Assembly (NCBI RefSeq): GCF_018350175.1
Contig: NC_058368.1
Location: 50,779,815 to 50,843,814 of the forward strand
Source: Felis catus
Lineage: Eukaryota
Reading direction: 5' to 3'
Length of the DNA: 64,000 bases
This document shows positions 25,637 to 38,244 of this stretch, one piece after another (the first letter of the stretch is position 1; the number at the start of each line of letters is the position of its first letter). The notes beneath the pieces are model-generated. The model saw nothing but the letters and a program-made list of their open reading frames with translations, was not told the origin of the DNA and did not search any database. A program made the translations under genes and the position numbers.

Positions 25637-26137
25637 AAAAAGTTACTCTGTTCAGTGATAAATAATCTGGATGGGGCAAAATTGAAAGAGGAGAGCAGTC
25701 GGATTTTCAAAAGTCCAGGTGAGAGATGATGGTTACCCTGATTAAGGAATGGTGGCAGTAGAACTGGAGGAAAGTGGGCCAGTATTACATATATATGCAA
25801 GCACATGCACACTTACAATTGGGTGTATATAAAACTGTACTACCTTCAATATGAAGATGACTTAGAATCAATTGAAGAAGACAATATTTTACACAAAATT
25901 AAAAAAAAATGTAACAGCATATGAAAGATTCAATCTTAGACATATGGACAATGTAGTGTTATTAATTACAGGGAAGGCGGGGGGGGGGGTGGTTAAAATG
26001 CTGTAGGATGTAAAGAACTTTACAATGTAAACAACCAATTTCAAATGTACTGCTACTCAAAATGGAACATCCCATCCCCAAAGAAGAAATTGACAAATTA
26101 AATAGATACTATTCCACGAAATTAAGACAGCTTCTTC

Positions 26138-26347
26138 TTTTTTTAAAAATTTTTGAATATTTATTTAGTTGAGAGAGAGAGCGAGTGAGCAGAGGAGGGC
26201 AGAGAGAGGTTGACAGAGGATTTGAAGCAGGCTCCAGGCTCCGTACTGATAGCAGAGAGCCCAATGCTGGGCTTGAACTCCTGAAACACAAGATCATGAC
26301 CTGAGCTGAGGTCAGTTTCTTAACTGACTGAGCCATACAGGTGCCCC
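26138..26347 (-). mobile_element. Can-SINE
   Basis: TSD aagacagctt. Confidence 0.96.
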
Positions 26348-26370
26348 AAGACAGCTTGTTAACTTAATCT

Positions 26371-26403
26371 TGTGTGTGTGTGTGTGTGTGTGTGTGCGTG
26401 CGC
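26371..26403. repeat. (TG)n microsatellite
   Basis: Direct. Confidence 0.9.
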
Positions 26404-26939
26404 ACCAACATATATTGCTTTATAACCTTGCAAAAACTGGATCTCAGCTCCTTCAAACAAAACTCCTTCTTAAAAAATGGAATGTGTGTATTTATACCAA
26501 TTTGACCTTATAACTCTCTTGAGATCTCAACACCATTAAACAAAACCCACCTTTGAAAGAGACACATTGTGAAACTTCGCTCTGAGGTTAAAGTTAACAG
26601 GACACTGAATGTTTACGCTGAAACCCTCAATCAGGCGCATTCTGTGTCAAACAAAGGTTCAAAGAGAATAACTCATATAATCATTCCTTTATTAGATTTT
26701 TGGTAAACACCCACCATGTAACAGAAAATGTTCTAAAATTATTTTCAGAAGCAGAGAAGAGCTAAGGCAGCATTTCAGTGGACATACATAAGAAAAGCTG
26801 ACTTAGGTAGGTTCTAGACCTTTGTGAGTCCACATCACTTCCTCGTTAGACCTGGATGCTCCTGCTGCTGGAGAGGGATGCCCAGGCCGGGGGAGTTCCT
26901 CGAGACCACTTCCGGTTCTAAGACCCATGACAATCATTG

Positions 26940-27085
26940 CTATTACTGGGCATCATCTTACTGGGCAGTACTTTCAAGTACTGACATGTGTGAACTCATT
27001 AAATCCTTGCAACCTCAGAGAGAGTCCTACAAATTTTCCTAGTGAGGAGGCTGAAGCACAGAGCAATACGCCCAAGGATATCCCA
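26940..27085 (-). mobile_element. MIR fragment
   Basis: 'aactcattaaatccttgcaacc...gtgaggaggctgaagcacagag...cccaagg'. Confidence 0.65.
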
Positions 27086-27175
27086 CTTCCATGTTAATCC
27101 AGCCCACTCGTCCTCCGTCTCATCTTCAACTAGAAATCTGATTCCCCCTGAAATCGTGGAAGATATTTTAATGTG

Positions 27176-27370
27176 TTTTTAAGTTTATTTATTTATTTTG
27201 AGAGAGGGGGAGGAAGGGCGGGCCAGAGAAAGGGCGGAAGGAGAGAGAGAATCCCAAGGAGGCTCTGCACTGTCAGCCCATTTGGGGCTGGATCTCACAA
27301 ACTGTGAGATTATGAACTGAGACAAAACCAAGAATTGGCCGCTTAATCCCCTGAGCCACCCAGGTGCCCC
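27176..27370 (-). mobile_element. Can-SINE
   Basis: Antisense copy ending 'cccaggtgcccc'. Confidence 0.95.
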
Positions 27371-27958
27371 TAATGTTGTTTCTAACTTGTAAAACATCAA
27401 GAAAGAAAGTCTATATCTCGTCAGCTCTACACATGTAGTCATGAATGTTGGTTTCTTCACCTACAAATGCAAAGAACAACTCATTGCACAGGTAGTATGT
27501 TCCATTTGCCCACATAATTGCATGAGTGCAAACGTCTTTATTCGTCCTTCAGTGAGTGTGCTATATAATGAATGCAAAATCTTCTTACAGGAAAAAATAG
27601 TCTTGCGGTGTTTTTCTGGTGACATCTCCATTATAGAATATCAGCATGGAGTTAAATATTTTAATTAATGATTTTATCATACTAATTCCCAGGACTTTTA
27701 TTTTTGTACTTTTTTGTACAGTGAATTTTGAAAGTTTTCACAAATAAATTTGTCGCTCCCAAAGCAACCACATATAAATATGCCAAAAATTATCCTGAGA
27801 GAGTCATTATTTGAGATTATAATCAAATGGCATCTCAGTTCATACACATGAGGCCATAAAACTTTTTTATCTTTAATGATATTGTTCAGATGTCAGTGCG
27901 CCCATCCTTTCACAGCATTTCCTCCATCATGAATGGAGTGTTAACAATGTAGTCTAAA

Positions 27959-28172
27959 GGGGCGCCTGGGTGGCGCAGTCGGTTAAGCGTCCGACTTCAG
28001 CCAGGTCACGATCTCATGGTCCGTGAGTTCGAGCCCCACGTCAGGCTCTGGGCTGATGGCTCAGAGCCTGGAGCCTGTTTCCAATTCTGTGTCTCCCTCT
28101 CTCTCTGCCCCTCCCCCGTTCATGCTCTGTCTCTCTCTGTCCCAAAAATAAATAAACGTTGAAAAAAAAAAA
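27959..28172 (+). mobile_element. Young SINEC_Fc-type Can-SINE
   Basis: Diagnostic 'ggcgcagtcgg', 'agccaggtcacg', 'ctgggctgatggctc', 'aaacgttgaaaa'; perfect 16-bp TSD aacaatgtagtctaaa. Confidence 0.98.
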
Positions 28173-28325
28173 AACAATGTAGTCTAAAACATCCAATCAA
28201 ATTGCACACCATTTCGAAGCTTTAACAAGTCCTCTTTTCTTGAGAACTGATATTGTAATACAAATGAGGAGTTGAAAACATGTCTTTCCCATTTGATGTT
28301 TTAAAAACAACCACATATACAATTT

Positions 28326-28331
28326 TATATA

Positions 28332-28371
<40 letters not shown>
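28326..28371. repeat. (TA)n microsatellite
   Basis: Direct. Confidence 0.92.
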
Positions 28372-28376
<5 letters not shown>

Positions 28377-28584
28377 TAATTAAGTTTGGACGTGGTTGAA
28401 CTTCTGTCCCTGGTAATTTAAAACCCAAACTCATAATCCCCTGGATCAGGCAGACATGTAGATAATTAGAAACGGTCATATATAGGGTGGGCATTTTATT
28501 TAAGTAATGTGAAAAGGTAAAACTTCAGTTATCTAATTTCTGATAGGATGATAGAAAGGTTCTCCCTTTTTTCCAACTTGTGGC

Positions 28585-28698
28585 CACTTCACCAGAATCT
28601 GCAAATCTTAGGGATGGAGAGGAACCTGAAACTAGGTATTTTTAACAAGTTTCTCTGGTGACTCTTAAGGCTCAGCAAGCTTGGAAATCATCCATTAG
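28585..28698. mobile_element. MER5-like fragment
   Basis: 'gtatttttaacaagtttctctggtgactcttaagg...gcttggaaatca'. Confidence 0.55.
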
Positions 28699-29834
28699 AC
28701 TATTTGACAATCACAGTTCAGGATTTTGTTAGTGATCTCTTCCACTCTATCACGGATATTTCAAATTCCTACTGTTACTCTGCAAAATATTGCTGAATGG
28801 AGGCGCACAGTGATGGGCTATGATTTCTTAAAAATCATACAGGGTCTGGTTGGAAGGTAATTTAAAGGTCATTTTATCTAATCTTAAGTGATTTCCTGAT
28901 ATTTTTAATTTTTTCAAATCAAGCCTGACCCTCAGGTTATCATGTACTGCTCATCAATCCCTCCTACAGGTTGGTGCATGAGTCAAACATATGACACTCA
29001 CCTAATTCAATTAGAGAAGGTAATATATTTTAAAGAAAGCAGTACATTTCAATAGATTCTACAATCGCCAGCCAGTCATTTTTGGCCTACCTTCCTCACG
29101 AATATTTTTGGATTGACAGGTGACTATGGTGATTCATGTCTAATTTATATGCTTATTCATTCCCTGAGGCATAAAATAAGCCAAGCTAAGGCTGCAGAAT
29201 TACAGTGGTTTAGTTATTATCATCAGGGGTTATCCAACATACCATGTCTACAAAAAAAAAAAAAACCCAAAAAACAAAAAACCTGGAGATAACTATGAAA
29301 ACTTAATTGGTTAAAGCGATGGCTATTTAAGTAGACAGTTCACATCAGTCTTCAAAATTGCATTTGCTACTAAACATTATTGCTATTATTGATGGATTTT
29401 AGGGCAAAACCAACTCTGAATGATTTAGTCTGTGATTGAATTGCACAGTATAACTTCATTGTGTTTCAACAAAAATTTTCCTGTAATTCAGAGTCTGAGA
29501 GACATTAAGAAGTTATGTATTGATTCTTCTTTTCCCCTCAAGTAATCAATTCAGGACTTGTGGCCTTTATTTCCCCAACGACTGCAATATCCATAAAAAG
29601 ATTATTTCTGTGAGTATGAAATTCTGTATACTACAAAATGTCATCAGACATTTTTGAGGACCATCTGTACTATTGTCGCTCCAGCAACAGAGGTGGTAAA
29701 GAGAATTGACTAGCAGAAACACCAGAAACAAACAAACAAAAAGCCTTGCTGAAAATAAGATGTCTCAGTAAGTCTTCAAAACAGGTGGAATCAATTGGAT
29801 TCCACATTTCTTTTCTAAATAGGGTAAAACAGGG

Positions 29835-30042
29835 TTTTTTTATGTTTATTTATTTTTTGAGAGAGTGAGAGAGAGTGTGAGCGGGGAAGGGGCAGAGAGA
29901 GAGGGAGACACTGAATCTGAAGCAGGGTCCAGGCTCCGAGCAGTCAGCACAGAGCTGGACACGGGGCTCAAACTCACGAACCGTGAGATCGTGACCTGAG
30001 CTGAAGTGGGACGCTTAACCAACTGAGCCACCCAGGCGCCCC
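29835..30042 (-). mobile_element. Can-SINE
   Basis: Ends 'cccaggcgcccc'; TSD taaaacag. Confidence 0.96.
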
Positions 30043-30184
30043 TAAAACAGTTTGTTTTAATCTTTTTTATTGGCTGGTCCTTTGTTCTTTACCACAGGGG
30101 ACTGTAAAATGTTATTGGTGAAGGACTCACAGATTATCTAGTCTTAAATCAATGAAGAAATTATAGGCTACCTGATATTGATAG

Positions 30185-30440
30185 CTCATTCAACAATAAA
30201 TATTTATTAAGGGGTTACTATGTGCCAGTCAGTGTGCAGGACACTGGAAACAGAGAAATGAACAAAATAAACAAGTCCCTTTTATCCTCATGGGCTTACA
30301 CTCTAGTGGGAGCAGATAGATAATGAACAAACATGTGATAAGTACCATGAAGCAAAATAAAGTCAGATAGGAGGATATTTGAGCAAGTTCTGGATGAAAT
30401 GAAGGGGAAGGCCATGTAGAAGTGTACATGTCTCTGCCCC
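30185..30440 (-). mobile_element. L2 3' end
   Basis: 'ctcattcaacaataaatatttatt...ctatgtgccag...ccctttatcctcatgggcttacactctagtggg'. Confidence 0.85.
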
Positions 30441-30880
30441 TCAACTAGGATTGATGTGTCTTGAGGGCAGAGGCAAAGCATTAGATGTCTTTGCTCTCCT
30501 TTCCCCTCCTCTTAAGACCTTGCATGATAGGGATCCAAAAATATTTTTACTGCTTTGAAAGTGATTTCAGTGGACACCCTGACGGTCACTAGCATTTCTT
30601 TCCAGCCCATAAAGCGGAGACACAACTACTAACTTCATGAGGCAGCAGTACAAATCCTATCAGGCAAGAATGGCTTCCCAGCAATTCTAGTTAGCTCCAC
30701 CCATAGGAGAAATTTTATAAAATGAAACAACAAGCCCACATTGACAAACTGGAAAGAAATTCATTTTTCATTGTCTTCAATATCAGATATCAGTTCACTG
30801 ACTTATCAGCTCCAGGGAGGGACAAATCCCTAGTGTTTTAGTAGTCACAATCTTACTGAAACCTGCATAAAAATAATGTA

Positions 30881-31062
30881 GGGGTGCCTGGGTGGCTCAA
30901 TCGTTTGAGCATCCGACTCTGGATTTTGGCTCAGGTAATGATCTCAGCATGGGGCTCGCACTGATCATGGAGCCTGCTTAAGATCCTCTCTCACTCTCTC
31001 TCTCTCTCTCCCTCTGCCCATCTCCCCCGTTTGTACTCTCTATCTAAAAATAAAATAATAAT
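30881..31062 (+). mobile_element. Can-SINE
   Basis: GGGGTGCCTGGGTGGCTC head, CT tract, (aat)n tail. Confidence 0.94.
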
Positions 31063-31702
31063 AATAATATTGCATATAAGAGTGGTAACACCTACTTGTA
31101 AATGGCTTCAATCTGGCAAAACTATGCTATATTTTAAATTCATCCATCAAACACTTGCTGCACACTTTTGATGTGACAGACACTGGAGATGTAATGCAGA
31201 AGAGGGCCCTTGCCCTCAACGAGTTTATTTGCAGGTGCGTTTCAGATATAACTTAGTCTCTTCCTCTGGAGGGGCTGATTCTTAGGGGCCTGGTACCACT
31301 GCCACCTAGCATTGTTTGAAGGAATAAAAAGTGCTCGGGTAAGAGCCTAGTAAAAGGATTCCCCAAGCTCCAGTATTTCACTGTCCCAAAGGACAGCAGT
31401 TTCCTTTATTTGGCAGTTCCTGCTCACGCGTCTCTTTGGAATCAGAGACAAAGGCATTCAGAACTGATTCCCTTACTGAGCTAAAGGTCCTAGGCAAAGG
31501 CCAAACACAGACAGGTGCAGATACACACATCTGGAGATGCAGGGCAGTGGCCACACCCTACCCACCATTATCACTCACGTGCCAGAGTTGGCTTCACCGC
31601 CTCTAATACTGGGCTTTCTCTGCCCGAAGTCTTTCCATGACGTACAGGCAATCTTTGGACCACTGACTTCTGGATGGGCCATTAAGAGACCTCTGCTCCT
31701 CC

Positions 31703-31872
31703 AGGAGCCTGAGTGGCTCAGGCAGTTAAGTGTCTAACTCTTTACTTCAGCTCAGGTCATGATCTTGTGGTACATGAGATCAAGCCCCACGTCTGGCTCT
31801 GTGCTGATACTGTAGACCCTGCTTGGGATTCTCTCTCTCCCTCTCTCTCTGTCCCTCCCCTGCTTGTGTGCC

Positions 31873-31907
<35 letters not shown>

Positions 31908-31955
31908 AAAATAAGTAAACTTAATTTTTTTTTTAAATACTAAAAAAAAGTTTAA
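31703..31955 (+). mobile_element. Can-SINE
   Basis: Diverged head; TSD gagacc(t/c)ctgctc. Confidence 0.94.
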
Positions 31956-32835
31956 AGATGAGACCCCTGCTCTGGAAAAATCAAGAAGCATTTGGGTGCA
32001 GAGGAAAAATAGCCATGCGAATTGTTCTGACATATTCAAATTAGCAAGTTTCAGCTACAGCTCTAGATAAGAGTTTGAGTAATCCCTTATTTTATAAAGA
32101 AAAGGAGAAAAGCTAGCATTATCTGCATCTTCTGTCTTATACTGGCTCTTACATTTCTTAGACCACCCCTGAGTCAGGATAGTTAGGGCTGGGGCTGGTC
32201 TCCTGTTATTTTAGAACCTCCCTGGTCTGTGGTAAAAGTCTTTAATTGGACACATTTTCCATCTCGTTTGTCCTTTTTGCCCTTTGCTTTGACTGTTTCA
32301 TTCAGGGAACCAACATTATTTTTAGTACCTCCCAACTTGACACTTCACAAGTACAGATGTGTCAGCCGCTATCTGATCTTTCCATGGTCACATGGCTCTC
32401 CTGTCCAGATCTGATGGGAAATCTGACACAGTCTGTGATCATGCTGTAATTTTGACGAAGGAAATCTAGCATAAAACACCATTGTCTCCACGCAAATAAC
32501 CGAGAATGTCCCCCTCTCTTCCATCCATAAAAAACGGTTATGCCCACTTGAGATGTAGAGCCTTAGAGAGGATGATGCATTATGCTGGCAGCTAGAACAA
32601 TGGGAAACTTGTACTTTATCTGGTCAGGACAGCGACCTTCGGGCACACAAACTTCTATCTCTTATCATAGTATATACATTTGCATTTTCTTAAGATACAT
32701 AATTTTTATTGTTTTCTAACAATAGAAAGTACATAATATTTTTTACAACCGGCAAACTGAAAGTCTGGGACTGGAAGAAAAGAACTGGTGCTGAGTTTTA
32801 GGATTTAAGGCTTCAGAAAATAAAGAGTGAGGGAA

Positions 32836-33048
32836 GGGGCACCTGGGTGGCTCAGTCGGTTGAGCGTCTGATTTCGGCTCTAGTCATGATCTCATGGCTT
32901 GTGGGTTCCAGCCCCGTGTCGGGCTCTGTGCTGACAGCTCAGAGCCTGGAGCCTGCTTCGGATTCTGTGTCTCCCTCTCCCTCTGCCCCTCTTCAGCTCA
33001 CATTCTCTCTCTCTCTCAAAAATAAATAAGAAAACATTAAAAAAATTT
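32836..33048 (+). mobile_element. Can-SINE
   Basis: TSD aagagtga...ggaa. Confidence 0.96.
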
Positions 33049-34165
33049 AAGAGTGAAAGGAAAACCATCAATAGAATTGTAGACGGGCTGATATGGTATT
33101 TCCTTTGCTCCACAGTTGTAAAGATTCCATAATTTCACAATCTGGTCAACGATCTTTTTTTTCCTGAAATGGCCACTCTAACATGGGCATATGGGGAGTT
33201 TGGAATTAATCACTGTAGCTTAAAAAAAAAAAATACGCAGTATTTATCTTTTGAGTACTTTTTTCTAAACATTCTTTAAAAAAAAAATGAAGTATCTGCC
33301 TTTTATTCTTGATACAGCACAGCTTTTTGTGTATACTCAAGATCACCTTGGAAAACTTGTTAGATTATACTTAATGAAACTTTGTGAAGAATGACAGAGT
33401 TAAAATGTCTCAATTCTTTCATTTTTATCAATAGAAAAGCACAGTTTATTCCAGCCCATTCACTTCACAGTTCCAGAACCTTCTGTTTATACATCATTCA
33501 CTTTATTAAGGGCTTTGCAATCAATCCCTTGTTCACAAAGTGAATATGCCCTATTCTACCACCCTCAGACTGAAAGTCAGCAACTGAAAATTTTGTACTG
33601 GTGTTTCTTATTATAGAATATACGTTTGTGTTGTCCTACAAGAATATCACACTCACTGATTTCTTTTCAATTAAGTGACAAAAAGTATATAATATTCTTA
33701 TAAAAACTTTTATTAAACAAAAAAAATTACTAAATAATAAGAGTTGTGGTTAAAACAAATCTTTCAATGAGAAAGAAAAGTTTAGATAACTGGTCTATAA
33801 GAAGAAACTTATTAAGACTTTAGGTGTAACCTGGGAACTGCTCCCTAGTGGTTTGGGAAGAATGGCAAAGTGACAGGAGCGTAAGATTTTTAAGAAGAAA
33901 ACCTTAATTATAGGTTGTGATTATTATTATTATAGTATGACCATGTTAGCCATTTGCATTACCTCACCTTCATTTCTCATATTTAAAAATATTTATCTAC
34001 CTACAAGGATAGAATAAAAGTGAGAGCATATATATTAAGTCCAAATAAAGCATCATAAACAGTCAAGTTTCCTGAATTCCTTTTGTGGTATTACAAAACA
34101 AAATATCTTACAAACAGAAACACAATATCGGGTTCCATTTCTAAACTCACGTATCTCCCAAGAAA

Positions 34166-34253
34166 TGTGTATATAATGTATATATGCGTGTATATAATGT
34201 GTATATAATGTATGTATGTGTGTATATAATGTATGTATAATGTGTATGTATAT
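34166..34253. repeat. Irregular TA/TG tandem repeat (unit approx. tgtgtatataa)
   Basis: Direct. Confidence 0.85.
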
Positions 34254-35316
34254 CACTTCCGGGTAGGAAGGGAATCTTCGAATATGACACAGTAGAAGGG
34301 AGGCTGTTTATTGAGTCTAAGGCACCAGAACCTTGCCAGTTGGGATTCATCTGGTTCAGATACAGATCCACAATGACACACGAACTTCTTTAGTAAATGA
34401 ATGTACCAAGACACCAAGGACGGAACCGATAACAACAGACCCCACGTTCTGAAATGTACAACAGTAGACATCTTAGTATACAATCAACAACAGCGTCGGC
34501 GATTACAACTATCAGTGATCCGAAGTGGTGCTCCATCATTAACTTCCTCCCCGACCTCTACTCACTGAAAAATTAATGGGGCAGGGGGAATATTTTTTAT
34601 GTTCTATGTTTCCATCTTTCTGACTTAATGATCTTCTTGTGTCCTCCTTGCTCTTGTCCCAGTCTGCTTTGCACTGAAGCAATTGCACCCATATGTCTTT
34701 TCCCTTAAACCAAATAGAAAAAATTCCAAGTCTCTCTGGAATTGTTCAAAGTTCAGACTTCAAAGAGCAAAGTCCTCATTAACTCTATTGCTAAGGAGAT
34801 TGCTTCCTCCAACAGATTCAGAAAAATGCCACTGCCGTTTACTTCGATTTAGAGTGATTTCTCCCCCCATTTGCCCTGCAATGAAACTTTCTCTATTTCT
34901 GTTCTTCGTTCGGCTCTTGGAGGCTATTACACTGTGACACGCGAATCGTTGTTTTGTTTTTGTTTTTGTTTTGTTTTAAATTCTTGCCTTTGGGAGCAGG
35001 GGAAAAAAATCCTTATTAGTCTCATCTGCAAAGGCTCTCCCTTTGGGCAGAAAAAGGATGCCAAGACACCCCTAACTGCAGCAGCCTAAGGCTGTATTAT
35101 TTACCTCTTCATGCCTTCTGTCAAAAAGGGTACATAAGTCTAATTTTTAAGAGACAAGAATTCTAATGCTTGACAAAAAAAAATTGTCATCAAACCATTG
35201 AAAATAAAATTTATAATAATAATCATACTTAACCCAACTAGACTGTTAGAAGTTCGAGTGCCGTAAAGAAAAAGAAAATATTTAGATACTCTCATACTAT
35301 TAAAAAAATAAATGTT

Positions 35317-35556
35317 GGGGCGCCTGGGTGGCGCAGTCGCAGTCGGTTAAACGTGCGACTTCAGCCAGGTCACGATCTCGCGGTCCGTGAGTTCGAGCCC
35401 CGCGTCAGGCTCTGGGCTGATGGCTCGGAGCCTGGAGCCTGTTTCCGATGCTGTGTCTCCCTCTCTCTCTGCCCGTCCCCCGTTCATGCCCTGTCTCTCT
35501 CTGTCCCAAAAATAAATAAACGTTGAAAAAAAAAAATGTAAAATAAATAAATAAAT
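35317..35556 (+). mobile_element. Young SINEC_Fc-type Can-SINE with 6-bp internal duplication
   Basis: CpG-rich, diagnostic positions; GCAGTC twice at 35333-35344; TSD aaataaatgtt. Confidence 0.98.
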
Positions 35557-37644
35557 AAATAAATGTTAAACAAAATCAAAAGAAAAAATTAAGAAAAACT
35601 TTGTTGGAGAATGTCTTTTTTTTTAAGGCCAATTTTATAGCTATCTCTCCAATAAAGCACCTTATGATTAGCATTGGCCAAATGCAAGGCCAATATCTAT
35701 TTTATAAAAATCAATTATTAACAGCTGTTTCATTTCGCTTTGGTTCAGGCCAAGAACACAGCATTCTACTTTGCAGCTTCTGTTTCAACTTGAGGTTTTG
35801 TTATGTCCTGTTCCCATCTTAATGTCTTATTAAATTGCATCTATTTACCTCATATGTTTCTTCTGTACCCAGTATATTGACAACTAAGCTATTTGCCATT
35901 CTTGCCCAAGACTACAAAAAGTTACATACTATTTAAAGGCTTTAAGAACCTTCAAGATTAAAGCCTAGCAGAAAACTCCTCTCTCCAGATTTGCATTTTA
36001 TAATCCATTATTTATTATCGTTGCTTGCCCTCTCAGAACATTGTTCTTTATGTACCGCTGTGAGCAATATACATAGTCCAAACTCATTATCTTTCTCCTT
36101 TTGTCTATTCAAACCTAAACCCAAGAGAAGACTCTCATTTTCCATACTTGAGATGATGCCTGTGTGACCAGCTGAACAGCAGACCTGTTTCTAAGTACCC
36201 AACTTGTAGAAGTTGTTATATCTAACGTATATAGATGTATGTCATTCATTGCAATTCACACATAAGCCATTTCTGCTTCTGATCCCTCCAGCAGCCCAGT
36301 TTTTGAATGAGTTGTCCCAGAGAGAAAATAATAAATGAAACATCAGACAAACTGCTTCCCCACTTTCTTGGCTCATACCAATCTTTACTGCTCCAGATAC
36401 TCTCAATATATATTTACCGAATCAGATTCAGGACACAGAGCTCTCCATAACGTTAACCACAAAGAAGACTTTCTCCCTTTTGCTATTTCTAAAAGTAACA
36501 TGTTTTCCCTCTAAGTTTATTTTATTTATTGTTGGGGGAATCACAGACAACTAACTGTCTTTTCCAAACCATGAAATGCGTATTGCCCAACAGCCTGAAA
36601 AATAAGAAAACGAAAATAAAGGTCACAAGATAGAAAGGGAACACACAAAAAATCGATTCGAGTAACATAGAGTACATCATTTTAATCTGCTTTACTCAGC
36701 TACTGGCCAGAATTACTAGATGTCTATCTTACCAAGTTATACAATCTTCCAAATACCATTTTGAATAGGGAATTGCTACTATACTTTCTCTTTAAGCTAA
36801 AAAAGCTGTGGTTCAGTTTTAAAAAACCAGTCATAGTAGAGCTGATACAGCTGCCAAAAGTAGAATGTTAAATTTAAAATTAACTTTTAGGATTTAAGGT
36901 TTAAGATACTTTAAAGACAAATGTATCTGCCCAGATAGTGAGTTTAGGAAATGAATATTATGAATAAAATTATTACCCATAAAAATAAAATATTTTGGCC
37001 CCGCAATAAAAGTTATACCATTATCTGAATAGCGTACTGTGCCTGGAACAGAACTCAGTAAAATAAAGCTTTTTGTACATTATCTTGAATATGAATGTCT
37101 GTCATCACTCTGCTATTTTTTAATAAAAAATAAAATTATATATGAAAGATAAAGTTATATAAAATCCAGTTGAAAATTAAAATAATTATAGTTTCTTTCT
37201 ATAAAATACACTCAACAGAAACCTTTAATTAACTGGACAATTAAATACCAGAGACAAAGCCAGATTAAATAAACCAAAATTGAAATGAAATCGACAGCAA
37301 TCTTTGATGCTCCTGTATTAGTGGTTCAGTTATTTTTTAATACATTATATTGAAAAATACGTTATAATAACCCAAGTCTGTTTTTGCTTTGAGACTCAGA
37401 AACTTAAATAGAAACATTTGGTTATACATTCATTCATATATTCATTCAACATCTCTCTTTCTCCTTTTTCTCTTCTCTTGCTATCTAGCAAAATCCTAGT
37501 TGCTCGTAATGATGTTTAATACATATATTTGCCCTCTAAATTAGTTTCCAAGTAGTGGGCATTTTCTATAAGAAAGTATAGTTAATACAACTCTGTTTTT
37601 TAAACTAAAACTACAACTGTCATGATCATTTTTTTTTTTTTCGG

Positions 37645-38070
37645 TGCTGACCACTTACTGAGCATTTCTTATAGACCAGGCACCATGCTAATCACTTTAC
37701 TAATATTTGCTCCATTTAATGTTCACAGTTACTTGATGCCATAGATAGTACTATTAAGAACATTGAAACCTATGGGGTGCCTGGGTGGCTCAGTGGGTTA
37801 AGCATCTGACTTCAGCTCAGGTCATGATCTCACAGTCTGCGAGTTCAAGCCCTGCATCAGGCTCTGTGCTGACAGCTCGGATCCTGGAACCTGTTTTGGA
37901 TTCTGTGTCTCTCTCTCTCTCTCTGACCCTCCCCTGTTCATGCTCTGTTTCAAAAATAAATAAACGTTAAAAAAAATTTTTTAAATGAATATTGAAACCT
38001 AGAGAGGTTTAATGACTTAGAGGTAATAAGCCCCAGAACTAGAAATGAAACACATTTTTTTTTTCTGACT
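37645..38070 (-). mobile_element. MIR split by a SINE
   Basis: 'cacttactgagcatttcttatagaccaggcaccatgcta...tgaaacctagagaggtttaatgactt'. Confidence 0.75.
37774..37985 (+). mobile_element. Can-SINE
   Basis: TSD gaa(c/t)attgaaaccta. Confidence 0.96.
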
Positions 38071-38244
38071 CAAGATGAAGTTTTAGCAACCAAGGTTAAG
38101 GAAACTAAAGCAGTACCTGGAAAAGGAAAGAAGACTCCAGAGCAGTGTGGAGAAGGAGGGGGGAATTGGATGATGATTTTCTTTGGTATCCTTGTGCCTT
38201 CCTTATGCAACTCCTTCCTCCACCAAAAGAAGGTCATCCACTTA

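Larger units (their letters stand above)
24300..25790 (-). mobile_element. L2 remnant split by an L1+SINE insertion (L2 parts ~24300-24647 and ~25655-25790)
   Basis: L2-like 'tagattttttt aaagtcactctg' continuing as 'gtccaggtgagagatgatggttaccctg'. Confidence 0.6.

Noticed and set aside
32358..32430. Possible hairpin (tgtgtcag...ctgacaca) as a pre-miRNA
   Set aside because: Only an 8-bp outer stem with poor inner pairing.
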